Below are positions 47,756 through 60,157 of a stretch of DNA of 64,000 bases, piece after piece. Position 1 is the stretch's first letter, and every line of letters starts with the position of its first letter. Origin of the DNA: Rhizodiscina lignyota (taxonomy: Eukaryota); NCBI GenBank assembly GCA_010015805.1, contig ML978124.1, positions 2,232,001 through 2,296,000 of the forward strand, given 5' to 3'. The translations under genes and the position numbers were made by a program. The notes under the pieces are model-generated. The model was not told the DNA's origin, searched no databases, and worked only from the letters and a program-made list of their open reading frames with translations.

Positions 47756-50287
47756 TCATCTACGTACGCTCCTACGCGCAGCGGAAGTACCAAGCGCAGA
47801 TGCAAGATTCCGAGCGGGAATAGTTCCCGGGCCGCGAGTTCCAGGGACTGAAGGATAAGGCATCTGCTCAACGGTATCTGGTCGCATTTGGCGTGAAGAG
47901 AAAACTTGAGGCCGAGGCATGCTTCCATATTGTGTGGTATGCGATACACCGGGGTTTCCCATACGAGACTGAAGAAAACTCTGAGAGTAAGGCGCTTCAA
48001 CCGGTCTCGGGACGCCATTCCGAGAAGGGACAATATCTCTAGTGATGTGTTGGTACATCGCTCCACGGGACAGGGAGTGGTTTACCAGCGGAATTGGCTT
48101 GATGGCATCTGTCCGCCTGATAAAACTTCTTGAATCCACACTTGGTCGACCATTGAGTGCATTCATAGAAGTTTTGAGATGAGCTGGAAATCTCGTAGTG
48201 GTGCTTACTTGCTGGGGCACAAGTGGTGCATTGGATCGGCTATGAGGCTCATTAATGAAAGAGAGACTGTTAAGGCTTGGTGGGTTCAGCCATTTCGATT
48301 GGTTCGCCATGGCTGGTACCTGCTGGTTCGGAATCTGCTGAGTTGCTGCGGAAGATTGAAAAGCGCTGTTGTAAAGATCGCCAGCGCTATCAGGAAGCAT
48401 GATAGTCCTTTTGAAGAACGGGCTTGCCACAGGTGTCTCGTTGATAAAGCCATTTCTCTGATGCGAAGGAGTTCTTGGCACCATAGATGCGTTTCGCGTA
48501 GGTAGCGATGGTGTTGATCGAACAGGAGCTACTTGACGATGGCCCGGCGCAACCTGATTTGAGATCTTTGCCCTTTGTGATGAAGTTGACACAGTTTCAC
48601 TACTAGCGAACTCCCTCTGTCGTTCGTCTCGTCGTGGCTCAGCCGAGGCTCTCACATTCTGCACCTGTGAGCCAACATTGATACGAAAGTCTGATTGAGG
48701 ATCATTGCGGGTCATTACGTGCGAAGACCTCGACGAATTTGTTGTGTGACGTTGTGGATGGTCAACAGCCATAGTTGACTCACGAGGTAGGTAGCCGTAC
48801 CTAGCTTCATATGGGGATGAAACACCGCGGGGTGACTTAGAAGATGGAGAGGCAAGGCTATGATGAGCTTGTAAGTGATTGTTGAATAGTGGTGCTACTG
48901 GCTCTTCGGAATAAGGACCTGTTACGGGATTTGTGAAATGTCGAGCAGAACGCATGTCTCTCTCGTCAACAGCTGCTTTGACAGAAACACTTTGCCATTT
49001 GCCATCTTGAAAAGCGCGGATCGCGACAGACTCTGAGTCGCCACTCATGGATGCGGCTTCACGTTGTGGTGTAGGATAGTGCCTGGATCGGGCATTCTCA
49101 GATCGCGGTAATGGGGGCGGAGGCATTGCGTCTCTGCTGCTGGATCTTTGGAAATCAAGATCTTCGACCTCGTTTTCCAGAAATTCGGAGTGTGTTCTCT
49201 TCTTGGAAGAGTTATCCGTGGGCTTGAAAGAAGGCAAATCGTCAGAGCTGGAAGCGTTCGTTGTAATCGAGTGGCTGCCGGGAGCATCGTTGTTCACCAG
49301 ATGTTGGACCGACCCGTTCTCCTGTACTGGGGGTTGAGAGCATGAAGGATCTTCAAGGGCTTTGAGCCTTGATATAACATCGATGAGGTCTTGCTGCCAG
49401 TTCACTCGAGGAATGCTTCTGCCAAACCCAAGTTTCACGAGGTGCGACCTTAAGAAATTTATTTCCCTTTTTAACGTCAGAAGGCTAATGGGAAAGCAGT
49501 CTTATCAATGGTTGAACTCACAAGGCCATGTCTTCAGCAGCGTGTATGACTCGCTCCCATTCAGCCTTCTGCTTCTCCAGGTTATGCAGCTGCTTCTCCC
49601 TCGCGGCTAACTCGGTCGTCCGTTCTGTTAGAACTTCTTGTAGACGTTCGTGATCTTTCACAGCGACGGAGAGGTGGCGCAAGCGGGTGGACAATTTTGT
49701 CTCGTCGCGAATCGATTTGTATAGTTCTTTGGTCACTTCAGTTCCGTATCGAGCCAGTTGGTGCCATTGAAACTGATATACTAATTAGTAGAAGATGCGA
49801 GCAATATTTGGGCGCGTGTCTTACTCTGAACGGTGCGTAGTCGGCCGATGCCTGCTGGACAATCCCCGGAGGCGTCTCGAAGAAGCTTTGAGGAATCGCG
49901 GGATCGTGATCATTCTTAGCGTCCTGATGCAGTGCAAATAGACGCTTCGGAGCGTCGTCGTTCTTTTCAGACACGCACAGTGGGCACGCGCTGCGAGGCC
50001 CGTCCTCTGCTTTGTAGAATGGTACGCCTGCGAGAGACAAAACACATCAGCTTCGAGTAGCAGAGTTTGCTGATCAATGTGCTCTTACCTCCGCCTTCGA
50101 GATGCTTGTTGCAGGTTATGTGGCCACATTCGGTCATCCAGAGTCTGGTAATTGTGCTCCTAGCGCGATTTGAACCATCGTGAAGTGCCGGCCAGGGTGA
50201 CGCATCTTTGTAAATGTCAGGAATCGTCGCGTGACATATTGAACAGCTGAAAATGATATCAAAGGGTCTGGGGGATGAAGTCTCCAT
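47756..50287 (-). CDS. RING finger plus coiled-coil protein, Zip3/Cst9/RNF212-like (putative meiotic E3 ligase), multi-exon
   Basis: CSICH...TECGHITCNKH...CPLC RING with His at the sixth ligand, then FQ and a coiled coil, then a long S/P-rich disordered tail. Confidence 0.6.
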
Positions 50288-50545
50288 TGTCTTGCGTGGG
50301 AACGATAGCAGGTGCGTTGCAATGGTAGAAGTTGAGGTGATCAGGATGCGGTGCGCGTGCCTTCCCTTTCTTCCAGTTCTCAAACGGCGGGGGCCGCCAC
50401 CCGTCCGCCACGGAATTCACCGGCATAGGCATATAATGAGAAAAGACCCTACACATTGGCTCAAACATTCTTTGCGTCAGGCACGAATGGCAGCAATAAC
50501 TTATGAAATGCAATTCAGGTTATGTACAGATGCTGCACCATCACT

Positions 50546-51241
50546 CTATTGGAATGTACGGCATGGGTAGCTATGAATCGTCAACTTCAGCATGAGTAAG
50601 GGTATTAGAGAAGGTCACTTACTTTCCACCGTAGGACTGATCTTCTAGCATATCATACTTCTTGGATGGCCCAGCACCTCCGAAAGCAACCGGCATGGGA
50701 GGCATTCCGTCTGGACCAAGAACTCCACTAGCAAGTCCCTTCTCCTTCTTGAAGAACGTAGCCAGACCCTTCTCTCCTTCCTCCTTCACCGCCACCAATT
50801 GCTTTGCTCCGGCATCTCCAATCTGCAGTACATCCTCCTTTGGACTGGCCTTACTGCCGACCGTCAAAAGAGCCACAACATCTCCCTGCTTCACCGTGCT
50901 CAGTTGTGAATACCGCCTTCGCACATCGCGTTTCCAGTATGGATTCTCTGCGAGGTCTGCAGCAGGCACCGTTACGGGATCATCGTAGGCGTTGGGGTCG
51001 TTCGCGCCTGGTGGTGGGTTTCGGAATTGGGGGTTGAGCGGGATACCGGTAGATCGTCCGGAATCAATAGCGAGCCATTTGTTGATGGTCGCCCAGATTC
51101 CTGTCGGTTGAACTGTGTATTTCTAGAGCCTTGTCAGATAACTATACTCTAAGGATCCGTGAGGGTGCATACTTTGAACGTGGAGGCGTGCCGAACTTGT
51201 CGAAGTGAGCTGCTTACGGCCAAGCCGCCTCTCCACAGCAT
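50546..51241 (-). CDS. Mitochondrial complex I accessory subunit (NUO-21.3a/NUZM type), 3 exons
   Basis: Presequence MLWRGGLAVSSSLRQVRHAST, then KYTVQPTGIW...RSTGIPLNPQFRNPPPG..DP..YDDPVTVPAADLAENPYWKRDVRR...YPCRTFQ. Confidence 0.9.
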
Positions 51242-51937
51242 TGTGAGGTACCTGCGAGGCTCTTCTCGCCTCCAATTGAGCTGATTTCACCGAGGAGAGG
51301 GCGTTTATGGACCAGGTGTATCGCACAACGAGGGAGGTGATGTCGGATTGATCCGATCGAAGCTCTATAGGGTTAGAGTACCTGAGTACGGCGGGCGTCG
51401 GCAAAGGTAAGGACATTACCCGGCTTCATTCCACGCACCTCGGTTGACATTTGGAAGTTTCAAAGTTTGTCTCTAGGGCACCATTCATATTTCTATTACC
51501 CGAAAATTTCATACCGAAATTGGCCTTGGTCTAATGCCTATTGAGAATTGAGCTGCCCAAGCTGAACAGCGTTGGATTGCATTCTCCTACCAGAGCAGTA
51601 CTCTGTAACACCAAAGTGCTATCTCAATCCGAAGTTTCCACTCTCCCACGAAGTTGCCACTTGACGTCGAAAGCTGTTGAATAGAGAGCTTACCTCCTTC
51701 CACCACAGTACTCCTTGTGCGTGGACGCAGTTGGCTGTACATGTTCACGAGGGGTCGCACTGTATGCGAGCTTCACGTTACCTCAACTTCAGCAGGCTAT
51801 ATTCTTACAGGAAGCGTCCAGAAAGTGGCCAAGCTCTGCAGCACTTGGATCTCACAGCACGGAAGTGGAATGCAATACTCACTGTGAACTTTATTTGTAA
51901 ATTTTCCTATCTTCACATATGGTATGGTGTGCGAAAA

Positions 51938-53174
51938 TTAGAAGATTGCCAACGCATTTGGCGGACTTCCGACAGATCCAGGAACATTCAATGGCGACGA
52001 AGTCAAGAGGAAGCTGTATCTTCCCAGCTTTGCGCAGGTCTCCGAAAGGGCTTTGAGATCCCACAGTTCGCCGATGTACATGCCAAAGAGACCGAGGAAG
52101 TATTGGTGGAGCACTGAGTACCGTTAGTCCCAGACTAAAACTTTGTCTGGCAGAACATACCGAGATCTTCTGTTCCACGTTCCTCTCCATTAACTAGCGG
52201 GGGAATGGTCTCGAACGCAATAGCATCGCCAGCGACTGCTGCGAAGTGATTGTTCCAGAACCATTTTGCGGTATCCTCTGTACCTTCCACGCCGCAAGTC
52301 CTGTGTGTTCCGAGCGCCTTGGCCTGCTCGCCACCGTCCATCGCACCCAAGGCCTCCGTGAAACCAGACCGGATGATGAAGATGTCACCAAACTTGAACT
52401 CAACACCTTGTGCCTTAGCTATCTGCTCAATCTCCTTGACGGTTATGCGCTTGGATTCGAATGGCGAGTATTTGATACCGTTATCGTCAGCCCACTTCTT
52501 GTAATCAATCAGGACACCGCGGCCGACCATTCCTCCACGAGTATGCCAGTCTATGCAAAGTTAATGGATGGACTTGTGGTATGTGGAGGACATATCGTAC
52601 GATTTAAGGTTGGCAATTTCATCTCAGTATCCCAAGAGCCAAACGGCTGTTCAAGATCCTTGGCTGTAAGTTTGTGTCCGTTGTATGTAGTCCCAGTTGG
52701 TTGGTGATTGAAGTGAACCAGACTATCCCACTGACTGCTACATTGGGTGTTGAATTCGACCTTTTGGCAATTAGCGATACTCATATGCTTTGGAGAAACC
52801 TTTGGCCAACCTCATCGTCAAAGCCATGGCATCGAAGGCCCTCCGGCGCATCCATGAAGCTCATGGTTTTGTGCACTAGACCTTTTCGGAAGAAACCCGG
52901 AGTCTGAATTGCTCCAATTGGCCAGCTGCGCGGATAGGTCAGCCTTTTCTAAGAGTTCCCAAGAACCGCAACTGAAGACGTACTTTAGCGAAACCGAAAC
53001 ACCATCCTTGCATTCCTTATAGGCTTCTTGGAGAACCTCTGGAGTCAAAAGATTCAACGTTCCCAGAGCATCCTTTTTGCCGCCTTTGTCAAAGACCCCC
53101 CAAGCACAGCCTTGGGGCATCCCATCCACCTTGGGCAGACTATCAAAGTCCGGAATGTTCAAGGTGTTTGCCAT
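51938..53174 (-). CDS. Cyclase-family (kynurenine formamidase-like) putative metal-dependent hydrolase, multi-exon
   Basis: AWGVF...DALGTLNLLTPE, EFNTQCSSQWDSLVHF, GGMVGRGVLIDY, GDIFIIRSGF, FAAVAGDAIAFE, LHQYFLGLFGMYIGELWDL and LNVPGSVGSPPNALAIF. Confidence 0.85.
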
Positions 53175-54517
53175 TGTGAAACCTGTCAATCACGATTGAA
53201 GGTTGATTGAAGAAGGAATCTCTCAGCGGTGTGCTAGAATATATATTACGGCAACGGGCGCTAGAGCCTAGCTAACACTCTCTGTTAAACTTGATGTGAA
53301 GTTGCCTTGTGTTTCGAATTGGGGCGGGATCAAGAGCTTTGGAATGGTCGAGAGAGGAAACAACGCCGAGCAAAAAGTTTAAAGAGCAATGCCTCAAGTG
53401 AGATGAGCTGAGAACGAGGATAAGAAGAGTGAAAAGTAATACAGACCACTCACTACCCCTCATGTATAGCCAGCCCCTCATCCCCGGGTGGAACATTGTA
53501 CCTAGGTCATAACGGCACTTCACGCCTTTCCATGACCCCACCTGATCGCTGCCGGGACAGTTCGCAGCTAATGTCAGTCGCGTCTTGGGGACGCGGAAAC
53601 CGATTCGCGAAACGCATGCGGAGCAATCTAGCGAGCGGCTAACTCGAAAGAGATAATCCTCGAGCTCCCTGGGCTTGAAGTTGCAGCTCTACCTAGCCAT
53701 CCCTCAAGTAATCGCCGAAAGCGAACAAACGACTATGGCACGGAGTTAGACAGCGAAACGGATGATGTGTGACTGTCACGTAGGTCTGCATCGAGAGCTG
53801 TTTATTAGGGAAATTTCTTTTACGCAGCTCTTCTATTTGCGGTCGGATTGGAATATATTGGCTTGGAGATACCTTCGCCAACTAATAAAATGTCCGGAAT
53901 TTGGAAGGCACATAGTTGCCACGTGACGTCACCTTTCACGCGCTCGGCCCGAACGAAAATCTGATCTCACGCGGAAGATTCCACATCAACATTACCTTAT
54001 ATCTTTACATCTAGACATCTACAATGTCCAGACATTCCACTTGAATCTCGACGCGTTCGACGCACTTCATTCCTAATATGACCATTTTCAATTTGAGGTG
54101 TACGGTGAGACCAAAACGGCGGGAAAGTATCCCGGAGAATTTAGGGAGCAACCGGCGCTCCAGGGGCATGCCACTCGAGTAGCCTATATGGAACGAGAGG
54201 AAGAAGTGCGATGTCTGGAATCCCGGTCGAGGGCCACGAACATCAGCATCATCCCGGCACTGTTATATTCTGCAGCAAAGACATTGCGATCCTCGCAGGA
54301 GATAAGAGGTCTCGGAGATTTGGTCTAGATCGAATCATCGATTATCTGGAAGCCTGAATCACAACACGCTGTCAAATTCACCGGGTAGTTGAACGGCTCG
54401 AGAAAAGGGCACTCTGAGAGTTTATTAACTTATCATACAGATCCACGAGTTAGATCATCCGTCATTACGTCCTCCAATCATCCATCGTGTACGATTCTAA
54501 AGCGCCAAGCGTGTCTG

Positions 54518-56437
54518 CTATTTCGGGTACAAGTTGGGATACGCCGATTTGATGATATCAGCGCCCTTCTCCGCAACCATGTACACGTCGTTCTGGATAC
54601 GGCAGTCTGGAATCACTGGGAACACAGATGCATCAATGACGCGGAGACCCTTCACGCCGTGGACGTTGAGGCCAGCATCAACCACACCCTGCTGGATGTT
54701 CTTCGACAGACGGGTAGTTCCGCAAGGATCTTGACCATATTAGCGATAACTTGAACGGGAATGGTGATGCACTTACGGAAGCCAGTCTGGGAGCGCTCCA
54801 AGATCATCTTGATCATTGCCTCATCGGAGTTACGAGGCATCGGCCATGGATAGTCCTCTCCAACAATATCCTTCATTCCATCGCCATTCATAACGATATC
54901 ATCGACCCATCTGACACCCTCACGGAGGGCAATTAGGTCAAGATCGTTGGAGAAAAAGTTGATGTTGGCATCAGGATCGTCAAGGGGATCAGCAGATTTG
55001 AGCTTCACCCAGCCGTTCCTCGATAGCGGGCGCATCAAGTCAACAATGACTGTGAGCCAGTCACCTGCTGGCGGTGTTGGGAAGTGCCACTGGAAGGCGT
55101 CGGAGAACATTGGCACGAAGTCGACCTCGAAATGAGGCTGGCCGGAAGGACCGAATGGATCAACGCCTCCGTTCTTTTCCTTGTATGCGACATACTCCTT
55201 CGATTTGTTGAAGTATTCATCACAGCGTGGGAATGCAACAAGCTCGAGAAGCCCACTGCTCAGAGGACCACCCTTGTTCTTCCTGTAAAGGGATACGGCA
55301 GCATCCTTGTTAGGGCCTGCGCGGAGCAAGTGACTATCGAGACCATAGCCGTCCTTGAGCTTGAAGACATGCGACAAGATGGGATGATCGAGAAGATTTT
55401 GGCCGACATGGGGAGACTTTACGAGCGGTTTGATGCCATGCCTCGAGAGTTCGTCTTCAGGGCCGATACCAGACAACATCAAGAGCTTGGGAGATTCGAA
55501 AACACCCAGAGAAACGATCACTTCGTGCTTGGCCTTGAATGTGTAGTCGCGGCCATCAGGTCCGAGCACAGTAATTCCAGCAGCCTTGTTGCCGTCAAAG
55601 ACCAGCTTCTTGGCGTAAGTGTGCGCCATCACGGTGATGTTGTCCTTGCCCTCAACAAACACTGCCGATGTTGAACGTTGGCCATTGTAGATAGTGCTAA
55701 CGCATTTGAAGAGGCCAGTCTGGGTACCGGAGTAAACGTCTGTAGTTATCTTCTGACCCTTGCTGACCCAGGCCTCCTCCAAGGCATCACGGAAAGGCTT
55801 GAGCTCTGGGATGAGGTCTGCGTGCGCAACATGCAGAGGCCCACTACGGCCAACGTGCTCGAGGTATGGGGAGAACAGCTTGTCATCGTCGTGATAGGTC
55901 GCCGGCTTGTCAAAGTATTCCTTGCAATTATCCCAGCTCCATGTCTCTCCGCCGTACTCGACCCAGTCGTCGATCGTCGGCTTGCTTCCGCGGACCCAGG
56001 TGTAATAGTTGCCGCAGCTACTTCCACCCAAGCACTTTCCACGTGTATTTGGCTTTTCGACACGTGTATACTCTGGACGGTCAATCAAAGTTGTCTTGTA
56101 ACCCCAGTCATATTGGCTTCCCCGTAGCTCAAATGCACGAGCAGGCGTGTTGATTTCCGGAATCTCTGTAGGGTTTCTAGCAGGCCGATGATCAGCATTC
56201 TATCATTGAACACATTGCCAAATCACCTAAACTTACGGTGGACCGGCCTCAATGACCAAGATCTTCACATTTGGGTTTTCTGCCAAACGTCCAGCTACAG
56301 TGCAACCTGCGGTACCGCCTACAGGGAGTCTAACGTCAGCAACGCGATGCTAAGGAACTCGAGGATGCCGTACCTCCGACCACAATGAAGTCAAACTCCC
56401 CCGGCGCATCCTTTGGTGCAGTTGAAGCATGAACCAT
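54518..56437 (-). CDS. GMC oxidoreductase, formate oxidase-like (His-Arg catalytic pair), 4 exons
   Basis: FDFIVVGGGTAG FAD motif, EKPNTRGKCLGGSS, PKLLMLSGIGP, VGQNLLDHP, AFQWHFPTP, QTGFHPCGT (His codon split by intron 54730-54776) and IPDCRIQNDVYMVAEK with Arg at the second catalytic position. Confidence 0.9.
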
Positions 56438-57458
56438 CTCGTTCTCTTACTACGAGCAATTGTTCCTAATGGTGAGACAGGCGTTTTCAGGTCGACGCTG
56501 GAGCTAAAGCTAAGCCGTTGCAATTGGAGAAGGCTGAGCTGGGCTTGATGCCATTGAGAACGATGAGCGAGCATACTTTATAGCTTACCTTCATGGTAAG
56601 TCTGCTACAGATGGCGTCATGCGCGATTGACTTCGTCGTGAAACGAATCGTCCGCTGCGTCCGGAGGCACGTTGGCCTCCTCGCGCGATACACATGGCGC
56701 ACGATCTCATCCACCACTCTCAATATGCAGCATGCATCAATCTCATGATTATCCCTTCGGGGCGAATGGATGCGCTATGGGACTGGCGTGAAGAAGTCCA
56801 TGATTAAGCATGCCGGCGCAAGGGTCTGGGTTTGAGGTTTTCTGGAGAAGGCAATGGTGGTAAACCCCAAAAGGTAAAGAAGGCGAGATAGACGAACTGT
56901 CAAACATGACAGCCGTTCTCTCATATGTCTCAAGTTTTGAATTTCTCTTCTCGCGCGAACTTTTGGTCCCTCGTTTTCTACTTTCACCCCCTGCACTGGG
57001 GTCATCAGGGGTACTCGTGCGAGTCGGCTAAACTCCGGAGAACTTCCAGTTTGGTTCCGTTGCTTCATCAATGGTTACTCATCTAGCTTGGACTACATTG
57101 TGGATTGCTGAATCAGAAATGCTTCTGTCTTATTGGGAGAAGACATGATGCGAGCCGCGAAGACATACGCCCGTCCTTTCTGCCCTAACCTCCAGTATTC
57201 CGGAGCATTCGGAGCAGATCTGGATCCTTGTGAATCGTCAAATTATGGGCATTGGTAACCCAGTTACAAGAGTCATGGATGTTAACACGGGAGTATATCT
57301 GCTTCTAAACACCAGCACAAACTTAACGATCATATCATCTTCTGCTTATTAGCAATCAGGCAGCTGCGAGACAACGTCTGATATCTCACGATTCCAATTT
57401 GGCAATTCAGGATCAATAATCCCCTTTTCCGCGGACCATCCTTTGAATCAACCTCACC

Positions 57459-59202
57459 ATGGGCTCTCTTACCCAAATTGAACCTCCGACGTACACTCTT
57501 GCCGAGGGTTGGCATTGGTCCCTTCTATTAATGCAACTGCTGTCTGACTAACATGACTAAGGATGCCCGATTGCCGACCCAACGACAGCTCAACGAGTCG
57601 GAAGTCAGCCGGTCAAGGGGCTTCTGCTCCTTCAGGATACCCAGTTGATCGAGACCTTGGCGCATTTCAGTCGCGAACGTATCCCTGAACGCGTTGTGCA
57701 CGCCAGTGCAGCAGGTGCATGGGGAGAGTTTGAAGTCACTCACGACATCTCCCACTTGACATCTGCAAAATTCCTCAATGGCATTGGCAAGAAATCAAAT
57801 GTTCTCCTACGAATCTCAACTGTCGGCCCCGAGCGCGGCTCGGCTGACTGTGTGCGAGATGTTAGGTACGTACCCTGTTGGCCTCAGTAGAAACGTGCTG
57901 GATCAGCTAATCTTTTCAAAGAGGGTGGGGAATGAAGGTGTTCACGGAAGAGGGCAATCAAGATTGGGTCTTCAACAGCATTCCAGTATTCTTTGTGCGA
58001 GACCCGATCAAATTTCCGTCTGTGAACCGGTCGCATAAGCGACACCCAGCGACGAACGTGCACGACTCAACGATGTTTTGGGACTTTCACGTGAACAATC
58101 CGGAGAGCATCCATGCCACCATGGCGCTTTTCAGTGATAGGGGAACTCCAGCAGATCTACGTCACCTGAACTCGTACAGTGGCCACTCGTACAAGTTCAC
58201 GAAGGAAGTAAGTTGGTTCAACCGCCACTCGTATACCTGCATATGTGGCTTGGACTTACTGCTCTCAGGATGGCTCCTTCTCATACGTCAGGATACATTT
58301 CAAGACCGATCTTGGTGTCAAGACCCTCACGAACGACGAAGCGGTCAAGCTCGCTGGCGAAGAACCTTCGCATCACACCGCCGACCTCTACGACGCCATT
58401 GAGCGTGGCGAGTACCCTTCGTGGACTATGTTCATCCAGGTGATGAGTCCTGCTGAGGCGGAAAAATATCGATGGAACATCTTCGACATGACGAAGGTGT
58501 GGCCACATGCAGACTACCCGCTGCAGCCCGTAGGGAAGCTTACGCTCAATCGAAATCCCACCAATTACTTCACGGATATCGAGCAAGCGGCATTCTCGCC
58601 ATCTACGTTGGTTCCTGGCATCGCCCCTTCTGCTGATCCGATGCTGCAGGCACGCATGTTTGCATATCCAGATGCTGCAAGATATCGCTTAGGAGCCAAC
58701 TACCAGCAGCTGCCTTGCAATCACCCTGTCAGCGAAGTATACTCGCCCTACCAGCGTGATGGCGCGTTCAGATACGCTAGCAACTACGGTGGCGACCCGA
58801 ACTACGTGCGCGCATCAGTCAAACTGGTCAAATACAAGGGCAAGCTCGGTGCCAATGGACAGGCTGACGAGGCCCATGACGATTGGATTGGAAGGGTGTC
58901 TGCATACTCATCAGAAGTCACAGACGAGGACTATCTCCAAGCTGCGGCCCTGTGGGAGGTCATGGCCAAGGACAATTCGCAGGACAACTTCGTGTACAAT
59001 GTCAGTCAGCATCTACAAAGCGCAGCTCCGCACGTGCAACAGGGCGCTTTTGGTAAGTCCTATCTATTCGGGCGCACATGTGTCCCCATGCACATTGGCG
59101 TTGATTACACGTTGGTAGCTGACGATGCAAGCAGAAATGTTCTCTCGGGTGAGGCCGGACCTAGGGAAGCGCATTGAGCAAGCAACGACGAAGGCCGTCT
59201 AG
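57459..59202 (+). CDS. Monofunctional small-subunit heme catalase, multi-exon
   Basis: LAHFSRERIPERVVHA (distal His), DWVFNSIPVFFVRDP (Asn), EQAAFSP and LQARMFAYPDAARYRLGANY (proximal Tyr). Stop TAG at 59200-59202. Confidence 0.95.
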
Positions 59203-60157
59203 CCATCTGGTTCGTGGATTTGCGGACACTTCTTGTGCATCTGAATTCCGAGATTTCGGAGAAATCTGGGGTAGAGTTTTTCACTTCGTAGAAATGCATT
59301 ATGACGACGTTTTGGCTCTTAGTGAAAGCTTGTGTATCTGACCGCCTATGATGCCTGCACTTCGATAGGACAACAGAGCATCCCCTGCAAACGTGAGCCA
59401 CAGAGATTCCACGGAAGCAGGCGTCGCCATCTAAGCGATAGCCGACGGACATAGAGCGAGTCTGGCCCAAGAGCGTCGATTAATTCCGCCGCTCCGCGTT
59501 TTGTCATCACAGTCCTGTCGCTTTAGCTAAGATTTGAGTAAGCCTGGCGCCGAGTCAGAACAGCTGTTTCCACTGTGCCTGCGTGCTCAGGCGGAAAAGG
59601 CATTATCGCTATCTTAAACAGGAACAGAAGCAGCGAGCCCTGGCGCGCAGTCCCAAACTCCTCCTTAGCGTGCAGATCGACTTGGGCTGCCGTTTGCCGC
59701 ATACGCGGCGAAAACAGGGTAGAAGGCGGCCCCGGGCCAATGGCTTCGTGGAAGCCCGGGGTTCCTTCGGTGGGCGCGGCGCTTGCGGCGTGCAGAAGGA
59801 CTTTTCTCGCAGGCGGCCAAAGTGCGGCTTAATTCCTCAAAGCTGTACGGCCGCAGGGTCGCGCTGCATCATCTGCGTGCAGAGGAAGATATAAGCATGA
59901 GCAGACCCTCGTCGATGACGTTGGAACAAATCGTTCCGCGCCTATAACGCTCGTATATGCGAGATTAGTTATGGGCAGATGTCTCAGAGTGGACTTGAGG
60001 ACGGCGAGAATGGTAAGGGGAATTTTTTGTTGCCGATAATCCCTATACACCCTCGACGGGGAGATCGGAGCATTCCATACATATACATCGCCAGCCCCCG
60101 GCACAACTCCGTTGCTGATTCAATTGTTACTACTCAGGTTCGACCATAGGTTCGACC

